Assembly (NCBI GenBank): GCA_035573995.1
Contig: DATLZM010000004.1
Coordinates: 7,649-71,648 of the forward strand
DNA from: Actinomycetota bacterium
Lineage (GTDB): Bacteria > Actinomycetota > UBA4738 > HRBIN12
Reading direction: 5' to 3'
DNA length: 64,000 nucleotides
The notes beneath the pieces were generated by a model. It made no database searches. It was given only the letters and a program-made list of their open reading frames with translations, and was not told the origin of the DNA. The translations under genes were made by a program, and so were the position numbers. The first letter of the stretch is position 1. Each line of letters starts with the position of its first letter. Below, piece by piece: positions 49,686 through 59,347 of the stretch.

Positions 49686-50555
49686 TCAAGCCGCCGGCTT
49701 CACCTCCGCCATCTCGGCGGCCACCTCCGCCGGGTAGTGGCGCTTCATCACGAGGTCGAAGAAGAAGCCCCCGACGAGCGCTCCCACGACCGGCGCGACC
49801 ACCGTGACCAGGAGCGAGCCGCCGCTCCGGGGCCCGGGGAAGGCCACCTCCCCGAAGCCCCACAGCCACATCAGGATCCGCGGCCCGAGGTCCCGGGCGG
49901 GGTTCAGCGACGTCATCGTGAGGGGCGCGGTGACGAACACGAGCATCGCCACCCCGAACCCCAGCGCGATCGGGAAGAACCACGGCACGGGGGCGTTCAC
50001 GCTCCGCCGCTCGAGGAGGGCCAGGACGAACACGACGAGCAGGGCCGTGGCGATGCCCTCGGTCAGGAACCCCCGCCAGATCGGCACCTGGGCGTAGGCG
50101 TCGGGCCCGACCCCGACGATCCAGGGGTGGGGCGAGTACGGCACGAGCATCATGGCGAGCTTCTCGCTCCCCTCAGCCCCGATCCGGATCCCCTGCTCGT
50201 CGGCGAAGCGCTGGAACGCGCTCCCGAACATCCCCATCAGCGCGAGGGCTCCGAGGAAGGCCCCCGCGATCTGGGACAGGATGTACTGCGGGACCTTGGC
50301 CCAGGGGAACCGCCCGGTGGCCGCGAGCGTGATCGTGACCGCCGGGTTGATGTGGGTCCCCGACATCGAGGCCGTGAGGTACACGGCGAGGGCCACCGCC
50401 AGTCCCCACGCCATCCCCGCGCTGAACAGGTCGCCGACCCCGCCGTACAGGATCGCGACGAAGATGATCCCGCACCCGAAGAAGATCAGCAGGAAGTCCC
50501 CGATGGCCTCCCCGACGTACCGGCCGAGCCATCGTTCTCGCGTCATCCTCGACAC
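49686..50555 (-). CDS. MIP-family channel (aquaporin / glycerol facilitator-like)
   Basis: Six TMs with both NPA boxes (SGTHINPAVT and TSLNPARDLGPR). Confidence 0.9.
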   Translation of the reverse strand: MSRMTRERWLGRYVGEAIGDFLLIFFGCGIIFVAILYGGVGDLFSAGMAWGLAVALAVYLTASMSGTHINPAVTITLAATGRFPWAKVPQYILSQIAGAFLGALALMGMFGSAFQRFADEQGIRIGAEGSEKLAMMLVPYSPHPWIVGVGPDAYAQVPIWRGFLTEGIATALLVVFVLALLERRSVNAPVPWFFPIALGFGVAMLVFVTAPLTMTSLNPARDLGPRILMWLWGFGEVAFPGPRSGGSLLVTVVAPVVGALVGGFFFDLVMKRHYPAEVAAEMAEVKPAA

Positions 50556-50606
50556 CTCCTCCGCGGAGGGCGGGCCCCGCCCCGCGGACGGGGCCCGCCT
50601 CCTCGT

Positions 50607-51659
50607 TCACGGCACGAGCACCGCCCGGCCGAGCACCTTCCCCGCGTCCAGGTCCTCCATGGCCTTGGCCGCCTCGGCCAGCGGGTAGGTCGTGGCCCGG
50701 ATCGTGACCTTGCCCTGCCGGTTCAGCTCCATGAGCTCCTCGAGCTCGGAGTGGGAGCCCACGATGCTGCCCAGGATGTTCAGCTCCCGGGCGATCATGT
50801 CGAGCGTGGTGGGGGCGACCACCCCGCCGTAGCCGATCACCACGTAGGTGCCGCCCCGGGCCTTCCGCAGGTACTGGAGGGCCTTCTCCGGCGTCCCGTG
50901 TTCGCCGACGAAGTCCAGGATCACGTCGGCGCCGCGCCCCTCGGTGATCTTGAGGATCTGCTCGACGCCGCCGTCCTCCCCCGCGAGCACCGCCTCGTCC
51001 GCGCCGAGCTCCTGGGCGAAGTCCAGCCGCTCGGGCCGGGCGTCGAGGGCGATGACCCGGGCGGTGGTCATCACCTTGAGGAGCTGGACGGCGAAGTGGC
51101 CGAGGCCGCCCACCCCCACGACCACGGCCCAGGTGCCGGGGTAGATGAACGGGGCCACCTTCTTCACCGCGTGGTACGCCGTGATCCCGGCGTCGGCGAA
51201 CGGCGCCAGCGGCACCGGGTCGGTCCCGGGCGCCAGCTTGATCACGGCCCGGGCCGACGTCTTCAGGTACTCGGCGAACCCCCCGTCGGTGCCGTCGAGG
51301 CCGGGGAACACCCCGCGCTCGCAGGCCATGTCGTAGCCCGTCCGGCAGGCCCGGCACAGCCCGCAGGTGATCAGGGGGTGGAGGATCACCGGGTCGCCCT
51401 TGGACAGCCCCGTCACCGCCGAGCCGACGGCCTCCACCCATCCCGCGTTCTCGTGCCCCAGCGTGTAGGGGAGCGGCGGGTCCCCGAGCGCCTCCCGCCA
51501 CACGGCCTCGATCAGGTGGAGGTCGGTCCGGCAGAGCCCCGCCCCCCCGATCTTCACGATCACGTCGAAGGGGCCGGTGATCTCGGGATCCGGGACCTCG
51601 TCGACCTGGATCGCCTCCCGCCAGGGCACCTCGTACCGGTGCATCCGCACCGCCTTCAT
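50607..51659 (-). CDS. zinc-dependent alcohol dehydrogenase (MDR family), copy 2
   Basis: 350 aa from ATG 51659 (GAAAGGAGGTGCGGG upstream): GAGLCRTDLHL...TLGHENAGWVEAVG...CGLCRACRTG...VVGVGGLGHFAVQL. Confidence 0.9.
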   Translation of the reverse strand: MKAVRMHRYEVPWREAIQVDEVPDPEITGPFDVIVKIGGAGLCRTDLHLIEAVWREALGDPPLPYTLGHENAGWVEAVGSAVTGLSKGDPVILHPLITCGLCRACRTGYDMACERGVFPGLDGTDGGFAEYLKTSARAVIKLAPGTDPVPLAPFADAGITAYHAVKKVAPFIYPGTWAVVVGVGGLGHFAVQLLKVMTTARVIALDARPERLDFAQELGADEAVLAGEDGGVEQILKITEGRGADVILDFVGEHGTPEKALQYLRKARGGTYVVIGYGGVVAPTTLDMIARELNILGSIVGSHSELEELMELNRQGKVTIRATTYPLAEAAKAMEDLDAGKVLGRAVLVP

Positions 51660-51736
51660 CCCGCACCTCCTTTCCTCGGCGGGGAACCTCCCGGACGGCA
51701 TCCCAGCACGCGCCAGGGCGGACGGTCAGGTCCCAG

Positions 51737-51748
51737 GGTCCCGGGACC
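51737..51748. promoter_or_regulatory. perfect 12-bp palindrome GGTCCCGGGACC inside a larger GGTCC/GGACC-rich symmetric block upstream of ADH2
   Basis: Context gACGGTCaGGTCCCAGGGTCCCGGGACCGGGGGGACCat (51722-51758), 78-100 nt upstream of ATG 51659. It shares the ACGGTC-N-GG(A/T)CC left arm with the devR palindrome. Confidence 0.3.
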
Positions 51749-51848
51749 GGGGGGACCATCCGCGGCGGGCGTGGTCCACGGCCCACGGGCGGGCCGGCGC
51801 GCCCCGGGGACCGCCCGGAGGGGGCGCGCCCGGGGTGACGGCGTGGGC

Positions 51849-52886
51849 TCAGGCCACCGGCGAGCCGGGCGCCCCTCGCCAGTCGTAGGGGCTCACGTAG
51901 GTCGTGAGGGCCTGCATGTAGTTGGCCCGCTCGAACCCGGAGGGGTCGGGGCTCCGGGCGTGGCTCATGCTCCCCTTCGCCTGCTCGACGGAGGCGTAGC
52001 CCCGCTCCTCGAGCCACGCGCGGAGGCCCTCGAGCACCGCGCCCAGGTGCTCCGGCCCGTACTTGAACAGGGCGGAGGCCATCATCACCACGTCCGCCCC
52101 CACGAGGAGGAGCTTCACGGCGTCCTGGGCCGAGTGGACCCCCGAGGACGCGGCCAGGGACGCGTCGACCCGGTCCCGGAGGATCGCGATCCAGCGGAGC
52201 GGCAGCCGGATCTCGTCCGGCGTGCTGAGCCGCAGCGTGGGGTCCACCCGGAGCTCCTCGAGGTCGATGTCGGGCTGGAGGAAGCGGTTGAACAGCACCA
52301 GGCCGTCGGCGCCCGCCTCCACCAAGCGGCGGGCCATGTTGGCGAACGAGCTGAAGAACGGGCCCACCTTCACGGCGATCGGGATCCGCACCTGCTCGCG
52401 GACCGCCGCCACCAGCTCGAGGTAGCGGCGCTCCACGTCCTCGGCGCTGAGGTCGGGGTTCGCCGCCACCAGGTAGATGTTGAGCTCCAGGGCGTCGGCG
52501 CCCGCCTCCTCGATCCGCTTCGCGAACCGGACCCAGCCGCCGCGGGTCGTCCCGTTGAGGCTGGCGATCACCGGGATCCCGAGCTCGGCCTTGGTGAGCT
52601 CCACGTGCCGGAGGTAGGCGTCGGGCCCGGTGTTGTAGTCGTCGAGCTCGGGGAAGTAGGAGGCGGCCTCCACGAAGCTGTGCGCCCCCCACTCCAGGAG
52701 CCAGTGCACCTGGAGGGCCTCGTGCTCGATCTGCTCCTCGAACAGCGAGGGCAGGACCACCGCCGCGGCGCCCGCGTCCTCCAGGCGGCGGAGCGTGTCG
52801 ATCCGCGAGCAGAGCGGCGAGGCCGAGGGGACCAGGGGGTTCGCGAGCTCCAAGCCGAGGTACCGGGTCCTGAGGTCCACGCTCAT
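51849..52886 (-). CDS. dihydroorotate dehydrogenase-like TIM-barrel flavoprotein (PFOR-associated type)
   Basis: YLGLELANPLVPSASPL...ALELNIY...IPIAVKVGPFF...GADGLVLFNR...GGVHSAQDAVK-like pattern (SSGVHSAQDAVKLLLVGADVVMM). Starts 4 nt after the PFOR stop. Confidence 0.8.
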   Translation of the reverse strand: MSVDLRTRYLGLELANPLVPSASPLCSRIDTLRRLEDAGAAAVVLPSLFEEQIEHEALQVHWLLEWGAHSFVEAASYFPELDDYNTGPDAYLRHVELTKAELGIPVIASLNGTTRGGWVRFAKRIEEAGADALELNIYLVAANPDLSAEDVERRYLELVAAVREQVRIPIAVKVGPFFSSFANMARRLVEAGADGLVLFNRFLQPDIDLEELRVDPTLRLSTPDEIRLPLRWIAILRDRVDASLAASSGVHSAQDAVKLLLVGADVVMMASALFKYGPEHLGAVLEGLRAWLEERGYASVEQAKGSMSHARSPDPSGFERANYMQALTTYVSPYDWRGAPGSPVA

Positions 52887-52890
52887 CGGC

Positions 52891-55800
52891 TCATCCCTCC
52901 TCCTCCTCGCCGGGCGGGGGCGGCTCGGGCGGGAGGCGCGTCTCCTCGCGCGGGCGTTCCGGCACCGCCCGGTCGATCCCCGCGAGCTGCTCGTAGAGGT
53001 GCCACCGCTCGTCCACGTCGCGCTGGGCGAGCCGGAGGAGCTGCTCCGCGCGCTCGGGGTAGGCCCGGGCCAGCATCGCGAAGCGGGCCTCCTTCAACGC
53101 GAACGCGCGGAGCGGGAGCGTCGGGCGGCCGCTGTCCAGGTGGAACGGGCGCTCCCCCCGCAGCTCGGCCTCGGGGTCGTAGCGCCAGAGCGGCCAGTAC
53201 CCGCTCCGCACGGCGTCGCGGTGGTGGCTCATGGCCGTCGCCATGTCGATCCCGTGGGCGATGCAATGGCTGTAGGCGATGATGAGCGAGGGCCCCGGGT
53301 GGGCCTCGGCCTCGGCGAAGGCCCGGATGGTCTGCATGTTGTCCGCGCCCATCGCGACCTGGGCCACGTAGACGTCGCCGTAGAGCGAGGCGATCAGGCC
53401 CAGGTCCTTCTTCCGGATCCCCTTCCCGCGGGCCGCGAACTTCGCCGCGGCCCCCCGCGGCGTGGCCTTCGAGGCCTGCCCCCCGGTGTTCGAGTAGACC
53501 TCGGTGTCGAGGACCAGGACGTTGACGTCCCGCCCCGAGGCCAGGACGTGGTCGAGCCCCCCGTAGCCGATGTCGTACGCCCACCCGTCGCCCCCCACGA
53601 TCCACACGCTCGTGCGGACCAGGCCGTCGGCCAGGTCGAGGAGCCTGCGGGCCTCGGGGGTCGCGAGCCGCTCGAGCCGGGCCCGGAGCTCGGCCACCCG
53701 CTCCCGCTGGCGGCGGATCCCGGCCTCGTCGGCCTGGGGCTCCTCGAGGATCTCGACGGCGAGCTCGTCCCCGACCTCGGGGGCGAGCGCCTCGAGCAGC
53801 CGCCGGGCCTCGGCCTCCCGGTGGTCGAGCGCGAGCCGCATCCCGAAGCCGAACTCGGCGTTGTCCTCGAACAGCGAGTTGGACCAGGCGGGCCCGCGGC
53901 CGTCGGGGCCCGGGGCCCAGGGCGTGGTCGGGAGGTTCCCGCCGTAGATCGAGGAGCAGCCGGTGGCGTTCGCGACGATGATCCGGTCCCCGAACATCTG
54001 GGTCAGGAGCTTGAGGTAGGGGGTCTCGCCGCAGCCCTCGCAGGCCCCCGAGAACTCGAACAGCGGCTCGAGCATCTGCGAGCCCTTCACCGTGGCCACC
54101 TTCACCCGGGTCCGGTCCATCGGGGGGATCCGGAGGAAGAACGCGAAGTTCTCCCGCTCCCTCGCGAGGTGCTCCTCCTTGGGCTCCAGGTTGATCGACC
54201 GGTGCGAGACGTCCTCCTTGCTGTGGGCGGGGCAGACGTCCACGCAGATCCCGCAGCCCGTGCAGTCGTCCGGCGCGACCTGGATCGTCATCCGCATCCC
54301 GGGGAGGTCCCGGTCCTTCCACTCCTTCGAGGGGAACCCCGCGGGCGCCCCCTCCAGGACGCCGGGGTCGTAGACCTTCATCCGGATCGCCGCGTGCGGG
54401 CAGACCAGCGCGCACTTCGCGCAGTCGATGCAGATCGACGGGTCCCAGATCGGGATCTCGTGGGCCAGGCTCCGCTTCTCCCACCGCGCCGTGCCCGTGG
54501 GGAAGGTGCCGTCGACGGGGAGGGCGGAGACCGGGAGCAGGTCCCCCTCCCCCGCGATCATCTTCGCCAGCACGCGCTGGACGAAGTCGGGGGCCTCGGG
54601 CGGCACGGGCGGGAGCCGGTGGCGTGCGCCGGTCGCCCGCTCCGGGACCGGGACCTCGTGGAGCGCGTCGAGGGCGGCGTCCACGGCGGCGAAGTTCCGC
54701 TCGAGCACCACCTCCCCCCGCTTCCCGTAGCTCTCGCGGATGGCGTCCTTGATCGCGGCGATCGCCTCGTCCCGCGGGAGGACCCCGGACAGCGCGAAGA
54801 AGCAGGTCTGGAGCACGGTGTTGATCCTGGCCCCGAGCCCCGCCTGCCGCGCCACCCGGTAGCCGTCGACGACGAAGAACCGGAGGCGCTTCTCGATGAT
54901 CTGCTCCTGGACCTCGACGGGCAGCCGGTCCCACACCTCGTCGGGCCCGTAGGGGCTGTTCAGGAGGAACGTGGCCCCCGGCTCCGCGACCCGGAGGACG
55001 TCCATCCGGTCCAGGAAGCCGAACTGGTGGCAGGCCACGAAGGTCGCCCGGTCGATCAGGTAGGAGGACCGGATCGGCCGGGGCCCGAACCGCAGGTGGG
55101 AGACGGTGACCGAGCCCGCCTTCTTCGAGTCGTAGACGAAGTACGCCTGGGCGAAGAGCGGCGTCCGCTCCCCGATGATCCTGATCGAGTTCCGGTTGGC
55201 GCTCACCGTGCCGTCCGACCCCAGGCCGTAGAAGACCGCCCGCACCGTGTCCTCGGCCTCGGTGGAGAACCCCCGGTCGACGGGGAGGCTGGTCCACGTG
55301 ACGTCGTCCACGATCCCCACGGTGAAGTGGTTCCGGGGCTCCTCCCGCGCGAGCTCGGCGAAGACCGCGGCCGCCATGGCGGGGGTGAACTCCTTCGACG
55401 AGAGCCCGTAGCGGCCGCCGATCACCCGGGGGAGGCCGGGGAACGGGGCGCGGCCCGCGGCCACCTCCTCGGCGAGGGCCGTGACCACGTCCTGGTAGAG
55501 CGGCTCCCCCGGCGCGCCGGGCTCCTTCGTGCGGTCCAGGACCGCCACGGCGCGGACCGTCGGGGGGAGGGCGGCGACGAAGGCGGCGGCGTCGAACGGC
55601 CGGAACAGGCGGACCTTCACGAGCCCCACCCGCTCCCCCCGCGACGCCAGCGCCTCGATCGTCTCCTCGACCGCGCCCGCGGCCGAGCCCATCAGCACGA
55701 TCACGCGGTCCGCCTCGGGGTCCCCGACGTAGTCGAACAGGCGGTACCGCCTGCCGGTCCGCTCGGCCAGGCGGTCCATCGTCCGCTGCACGATCTCGGG

Positions 55801-56538
55801 GGTCCGCAGGTAGAAGGGGTTCGCCGCCTCCCGGGCCTGGAAGAAGACGTCGGGGTTCTGGGCGGTGCCCCGGATCACCGGCCGCTCCGGCGAGAGGGCG
55901 CGCCCCCGGTGGGCGCGGACCAGCTCGTCGTCGATGAGCGCCCGGACGTCCTCCTCCTCGAGCGCCTCGATCTTGTTCACCTCGTGGGAGGTGCGGAAGC
56001 CGTCGAAGAAGTGGACGAAGGGGACCCGGGCCTCGAGGGTCGCGGCGTGCGCCACGAGCGCGAGGTCCTGGGCCTCCTGGACCGACGACGACGCCAGCAT
56101 GGCCCAGCCCGTGGTCCGGGCCGCCATCACGTCGCTGTGGTCGCCGAAGATCGACAGGGCGTGGGTGGCGACGGTCCGGGCGGCCACGTGGAGCACGGCG
56201 GGGGAGAGCTCCCCCGCGATCTTGAACATGTCCGGGATCATGAGCAGGAGGCCCTGGGAGGCCGTGAACGAGGTGGCCAGGGCTCCCGCCTGGATCGCCC
56301 CGTGGAGGGCGCCGGCCGCCCCGCCCTCGCTCTGCATCTCGATCACGTCGGGGACCGCGCCCCAGAGGTTGGGGCGGCCGGCGGCCGACCACGCGTCCGC
56401 GAGCTCGGCCATGGGGGACGACGGCGTGATGGGGTAGATCGCGATCACCTCGCTCGCCAGGTAGGCGATGCGCGCGGCGGCCTCGTTGCCGTCGACCGTG
56501 ATCGCCCGGGGGCCCGCCCGTTCCCCGCCGTTCCTCAC
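52891..56538 (-). CDS. nifJ: pyruvate:ferredoxin (flavodoxin) oxidoreductase, single-polypeptide NifJ type
   Basis: 1215-aa ORF: ITVDGNEAAARIAYLASEVIAIYPITPSSPM, two ferredoxin motifs (CIDCAKCALVCPHAAI; CTGCGICVDVCP), TPP domain GACEGCGETPY...GGDGWAYDIGYGGLDHV. Confidence 0.95.
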   Translation of the reverse strand: MRNGGERAGPRAITVDGNEAAARIAYLASEVIAIYPITPSSPMAELADAWSAAGRPNLWGAVPDVIEMQSEGGAAGALHGAIQAGALATSFTASQGLLLMIPDMFKIAGELSPAVLHVAARTVATHALSIFGDHSDVMAARTTGWAMLASSSVQEAQDLALVAHAATLEARVPFVHFFDGFRTSHEVNKIEALEEEDVRALIDDELVRAHRGRALSPERPVIRGTAQNPDVFFQAREAANPFYLRTPEIVQRTMDRLAERTGRRYRLFDYVGDPEADRVIVLMGSAAGAVEETIEALASRGERVGLVKVRLFRPFDAAAFVAALPPTVRAVAVLDRTKEPGAPGEPLYQDVVTALAEEVAAGRAPFPGLPRVIGGRYGLSSKEFTPAMAAAVFAELAREEPRNHFTVGIVDDVTWTSLPVDRGFSTEAEDTVRAVFYGLGSDGTVSANRNSIRIIGERTPLFAQAYFVYDSKKAGSVTVSHLRFGPRPIRSSYLIDRATFVACHQFGFLDRMDVLRVAEPGATFLLNSPYGPDEVWDRLPVEVQEQIIEKRLRFFVVDGYRVARQAGLGARINTVLQTCFFALSGVLPRDEAIAAIKDAIRESYGKRGEVVLERNFAAVDAALDALHEVPVPERATGARHRLPPVPPEAPDFVQRVLAKMIAGEGDLLPVSALPVDGTFPTGTARWEKRSLAHEIPIWDPSICIDCAKCALVCPHAAIRMKVYDPGVLEGAPAGFPSKEWKDRDLPGMRMTIQVAPDDCTGCGICVDVCPAHSKEDVSHRSINLEPKEEHLARERENFAFFLRIPPMDRTRVKVATVKGSQMLEPLFEFSGACEGCGETPYLKLLTQMFGDRIIVANATGCSSIYGGNLPTTPWAPGPDGRGPAWSNSLFEDNAEFGFGMRLALDHREAEARRLLEALAPEVGDELAVEILEEPQADEAGIRRQRERVAELRARLERLATPEARRLLDLADGLVRTSVWIVGGDGWAYDIGYGGLDHVLASGRDVNVLVLDTEVYSNTGGQASKATPRGAAAKFAARGKGIRKKDLGLIASLYGDVYVAQVAMGADNMQTIRAFAEAEAHPGPSLIIAYSHCIAHGIDMATAMSHHRDAVRSGYWPLWRYDPEAELRGERPFHLDSGRPTLPLRAFALKEARFAMLARAYPERAEQLLRLAQRDVDERWHLYEQLAGIDRAVPERPREETRLPPEPPPPGEEEEG

Positions 56539-56649
56539 ATCCGCAAGCGTGGACCGCCCGCGGGGCGCGGGGTCCGGCCGGAGGGCCCGGCTCCGGGGGG
56601 CCCAAGGTCCCGCCGATCCCCTCCGGGCCGGGAACGCCCCCGGCCGGGC

Positions 56650-59265
56650 TCAGCCGCGGGCGCGTCGGCGCGAGGCGCCCTCGAGGAGCATGAGCGAGAC
56701 GGGGAGGAGGCCGCCCGCGAGCACCAGCCCCCACTCGCGGGGGGTGAGGGGCGCCGTGCCGAGCACGCCGCGCGCCGGCGGCCAGACGATCGCGCCGAGC
56801 TGGAGCGCGAGGCCGGCGCCGACCCCGGCCAGGAGCCACGGGTTCGAGGCGAGGCGGCGGAGCGAGGGCGGGTCGCCGGGGGGCCGGCGGACGGCGAACG
56901 CGTAGAGGAGGTGGGCCACGACGAGCACGGTGAACGCGAGGGCCCGGGCGTGGGCCCAGGGCTCGCCCCACGCGAACCGCGCCACCGCCAGGGCCCCGAG
57001 GGGCGCGCCGGCCATGAGCGCGGCGCGCCGCACCAGGACGAGGAGGCGGCGCCCGGAGAGCAGCCGCTCGCCCCGGGGGCGCGGCGGTCTCTCCATCACC
57101 CGGGGGTCGATGGCGTCGACGGCGAGGGCGATCGCCGGCGGCCCGTCCGTGAGCAGGTTGATCCACAGGAGCTGGAGGGGGAGGAGGGGAACCCCGAGGG
57201 CGGGGAAGAGGACGAGGGCGCCCACCACCACGGCGATCTCCGAGAGGTTCCCCCCGACCAGGTACTCGACCACCTTCCGGATGTTGTCGTAGATCCCGCG
57301 GCCCTCGCGGACCGCGTGGACGATCGTGGCCAGGTCGTCGTCGGTGATCACCATGTCGGCCGCCTCCCGGGCGACGTCCGTCCCCCGCCGACCCATGGCC
57401 ACGCCGATCTCGGCGCGGCGGAGGGCGGGGGCGTCGTTCACGCCGTCCCCCGTGACGGCCACGACGTGCCCGCGGGCCTGGAGGGCCTCGACCAGGGCGA
57501 GCTTCTGGTCGGGATCGACCCGGGCGTAGACGGGCACCGCGAGGGGGTCCTCGGGCAACCCCGCGGCCCGGAGCTCCGCGCCGGTCCGCACGCCGCCCTC
57601 CCCCTCCAGGAGCCCCACCTCGCGGGCGATCGCCGCGGCCGTCCCCGCGTGGTCGCCGGTCACCATCGCCAGCCGGATGCCCGCCCGCCGGGCCTCCTCG
57701 ACGGCCGCCCGGGCCTGGGGCCGGACGGGGTCCCGGAGCCCCACCAGGGCGACGAAGCGGAGCTCCCGCTCCGCCTCCTCGAGGTCGGCGGGCGGGCCGG
57801 GGAGCGGTCGGTCCGCCAGGGCCAGGGTCCGCATCCCGGTCGCCGCGAGCTCGTCGACCAGGCCAGCCAGCCGGAGGCGTTCCCCGGGTCCGAGCGGCGC
57901 CTCGCCCGCCGCCGTGGCCGCCCGGGAGCACAGGTCCAGGACCACCTCCGGGGCCCCCTTCACCAGGAGCGCCACGGCCCCGTCGGGGCCCCGGACGGCC
58001 ACGGTCATCCGCCGCCGCCCCGCCTCGAAGGGGAGGGCCCCGAGGAGGGCGTGGCTGGCGCGGAGCCGGCGGACCTCCTCGCTGCCGACCGCCTCCAGGA
58101 GCGCGACGTCCAGGGGATCGCCGCTCGGCGGGTCGAGCGCCGCGTCGTTGCACAGGGCCGCCACCCGCGCCGCCGCGGCTCGGGCCCGGGGCGGGAGCGC
58201 GCCGAATGGACCGGGCGGCAGGTCCGCCGTGGCCGCCGCCTCGAGCCGCATCCGGTTCTCGGTGAGCGTGCCGGTCTTGTCGGTGAGGATCGCCGTGGCC
58301 GCCCCCAGCGTCTCCACCGCCGCCAGCCGGCGCACGATCGCCCCCCGGGCCGCCATCCGGCGGACCCCGAGGGCCAGGGCCACGGTCACCACGGTCGCGA
58401 GCCCCTCGGGGACCGCCGCCACCGCGAGGGCGACGCCGGCGAGGAACGCGCGCTGGAGCCCCTCCCCGGAGAGCCCGGTCCGGACGGCGATCAGGGCGAA
58501 CACCCCGGCGGCCACGGCCACCGCGATCGCCCCCAGCCGGAGCGTGAGCCCCCGGAGCTCGCGCTGGAGGGGCGTCATCGCCTCCGGGGCCCCGAGGTGT
58601 GCCGCGATCCGGCCGAGCTCGGTCCCCGCCCCGGTGGCCACCACGATCCCCCGGCCCGCGCCGCGGGTCACGACGGTCCCCGAGAACGCGGTGGCGGGCC
58701 GCTCCGAGAGCCCGACGCCCTCGGGGGCCCCCGGCGACTTGGTCACCGGGAGGGACTCCCCGGTGAGGAGCGACTCGTCGACCTCGAGCAGCGTCGCCTC
58801 CACCAGGCGGAGGTCCGCGGGGACCCGGTCGCCGGCCGCGAGCAGGACCACGTCGCCGGGGACCAGCTCCCGGGCGGGCACCTCGCGGACGACGCCGTCG
58901 CGGAGCACCCGGGCCCGGGGCGACTCCATCCGGCGGAGGGCCTCGAGGGCCTCCGCCGCCTTCCCCTCCTGGAGGAACGCGATCGCCGCGTTCAGCGCGA
59001 CGATCGCGAGGATCGCCGAGGCGTCGACCGGCTCCCGCAGGCCGAAGGCGTCCACCGCCGCCGCGGCGATGAGGAGGACCGACATCGGCTCCCCGAGGAG
59101 CCGCAGGAGCCGGATCGGCCAGGGGACGCGCGGCGGGGGAGGGAGCTCGTTCGGCCCGTGGCGCCGGAGACGCGCCCGGGCCTCCGCCTCGGTGAGCCCG
59201 ACGGCGGGATCCACCCCGAGCCCCGCCGCCTCGGCCCCAGCGTCCACGCGTCGGCCCGCGCCCAC
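56650..59265 (-). CDS. P2-type cation-transporting P-type ATPase (CtpF/Ca-ATPase-like)
   Basis: C-terminal ~870 aa of ORF 56650..62124: GLTEAEARARLRRHGPNEL, TGESLPV, AAVPEGLATVV, ILTDKTGTLTEN, MVTGDH, TGDGVNDAPAL. Start is GTG 59265 or 59247. The rest of the 1824-aa ORF is antisense to real genes. Confidence 0.9.
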   Translation of the reverse strand: MGAGRRVDAGAEAAGLGVDPAVGLTEAEARARLRRHGPNELPPPPRVPWPIRLLRLLGEPMSVLLIAAAAVDAFGLREPVDASAILAIVALNAAIAFLQEGKAAEALEALRRMESPRARVLRDGVVREVPARELVPGDVVLLAAGDRVPADLRLVEATLLEVDESLLTGESLPVTKSPGAPEGVGLSERPATAFSGTVVTRGAGRGIVVATGAGTELGRIAAHLGAPEAMTPLQRELRGLTLRLGAIAVAVAAGVFALIAVRTGLSGEGLQRAFLAGVALAVAAVPEGLATVVTVALALGVRRMAARGAIVRRLAAVETLGAATAILTDKTGTLTENRMRLEAAATADLPPGPFGALPPRARAAAARVAALCNDAALDPPSGDPLDVALLEAVGSEEVRRLRASHALLGALPFEAGRRRMTVAVRGPDGAVALLVKGAPEVVLDLCSRAATAAGEAPLGPGERLRLAGLVDELAATGMRTLALADRPLPGPPADLEEAERELRFVALVGLRDPVRPQARAAVEEARRAGIRLAMVTGDHAGTAAAIAREVGLLEGEGGVRTGAELRAAGLPEDPLAVPVYARVDPDQKLALVEALQARGHVVAVTGDGVNDAPALRRAEIGVAMGRRGTDVAREAADMVITDDDLATIVHAVREGRGIYDNIRKVVEYLVGGNLSEIAVVVGALVLFPALGVPLLPLQLLWINLLTDGPPAIALAVDAIDPRVMERPPRPRGERLLSGRRLLVLVRRAALMAGAPLGALAVARFAWGEPWAHARALAFTVLVVAHLLYAFAVRRPPGDPPSLRRLASNPWLLAGVGAGLALQLGAIVWPPARGVLGTAPLTPREWGLVLAGGLLPVSLMLLEGASRRRARG

Positions 59266-59347
59266 GGCCCCATGATGCGGGAACGAGGAGGGGGGCGGCG
59301 GCGGTGGCCTGACCGGCGCCCCGCGCTCCGGGCTAGGCTGTGCCGTC

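Noticed and set aside
56626-56645. 7-bp hairpin after the P-type ATPase stop, and similar short GC stems after coxIII and the His-rich gene
   Set aside because: Stems of this size are expected by chance in sequence this GC-rich. Only hairpins of 10 bp or more were reported as features.
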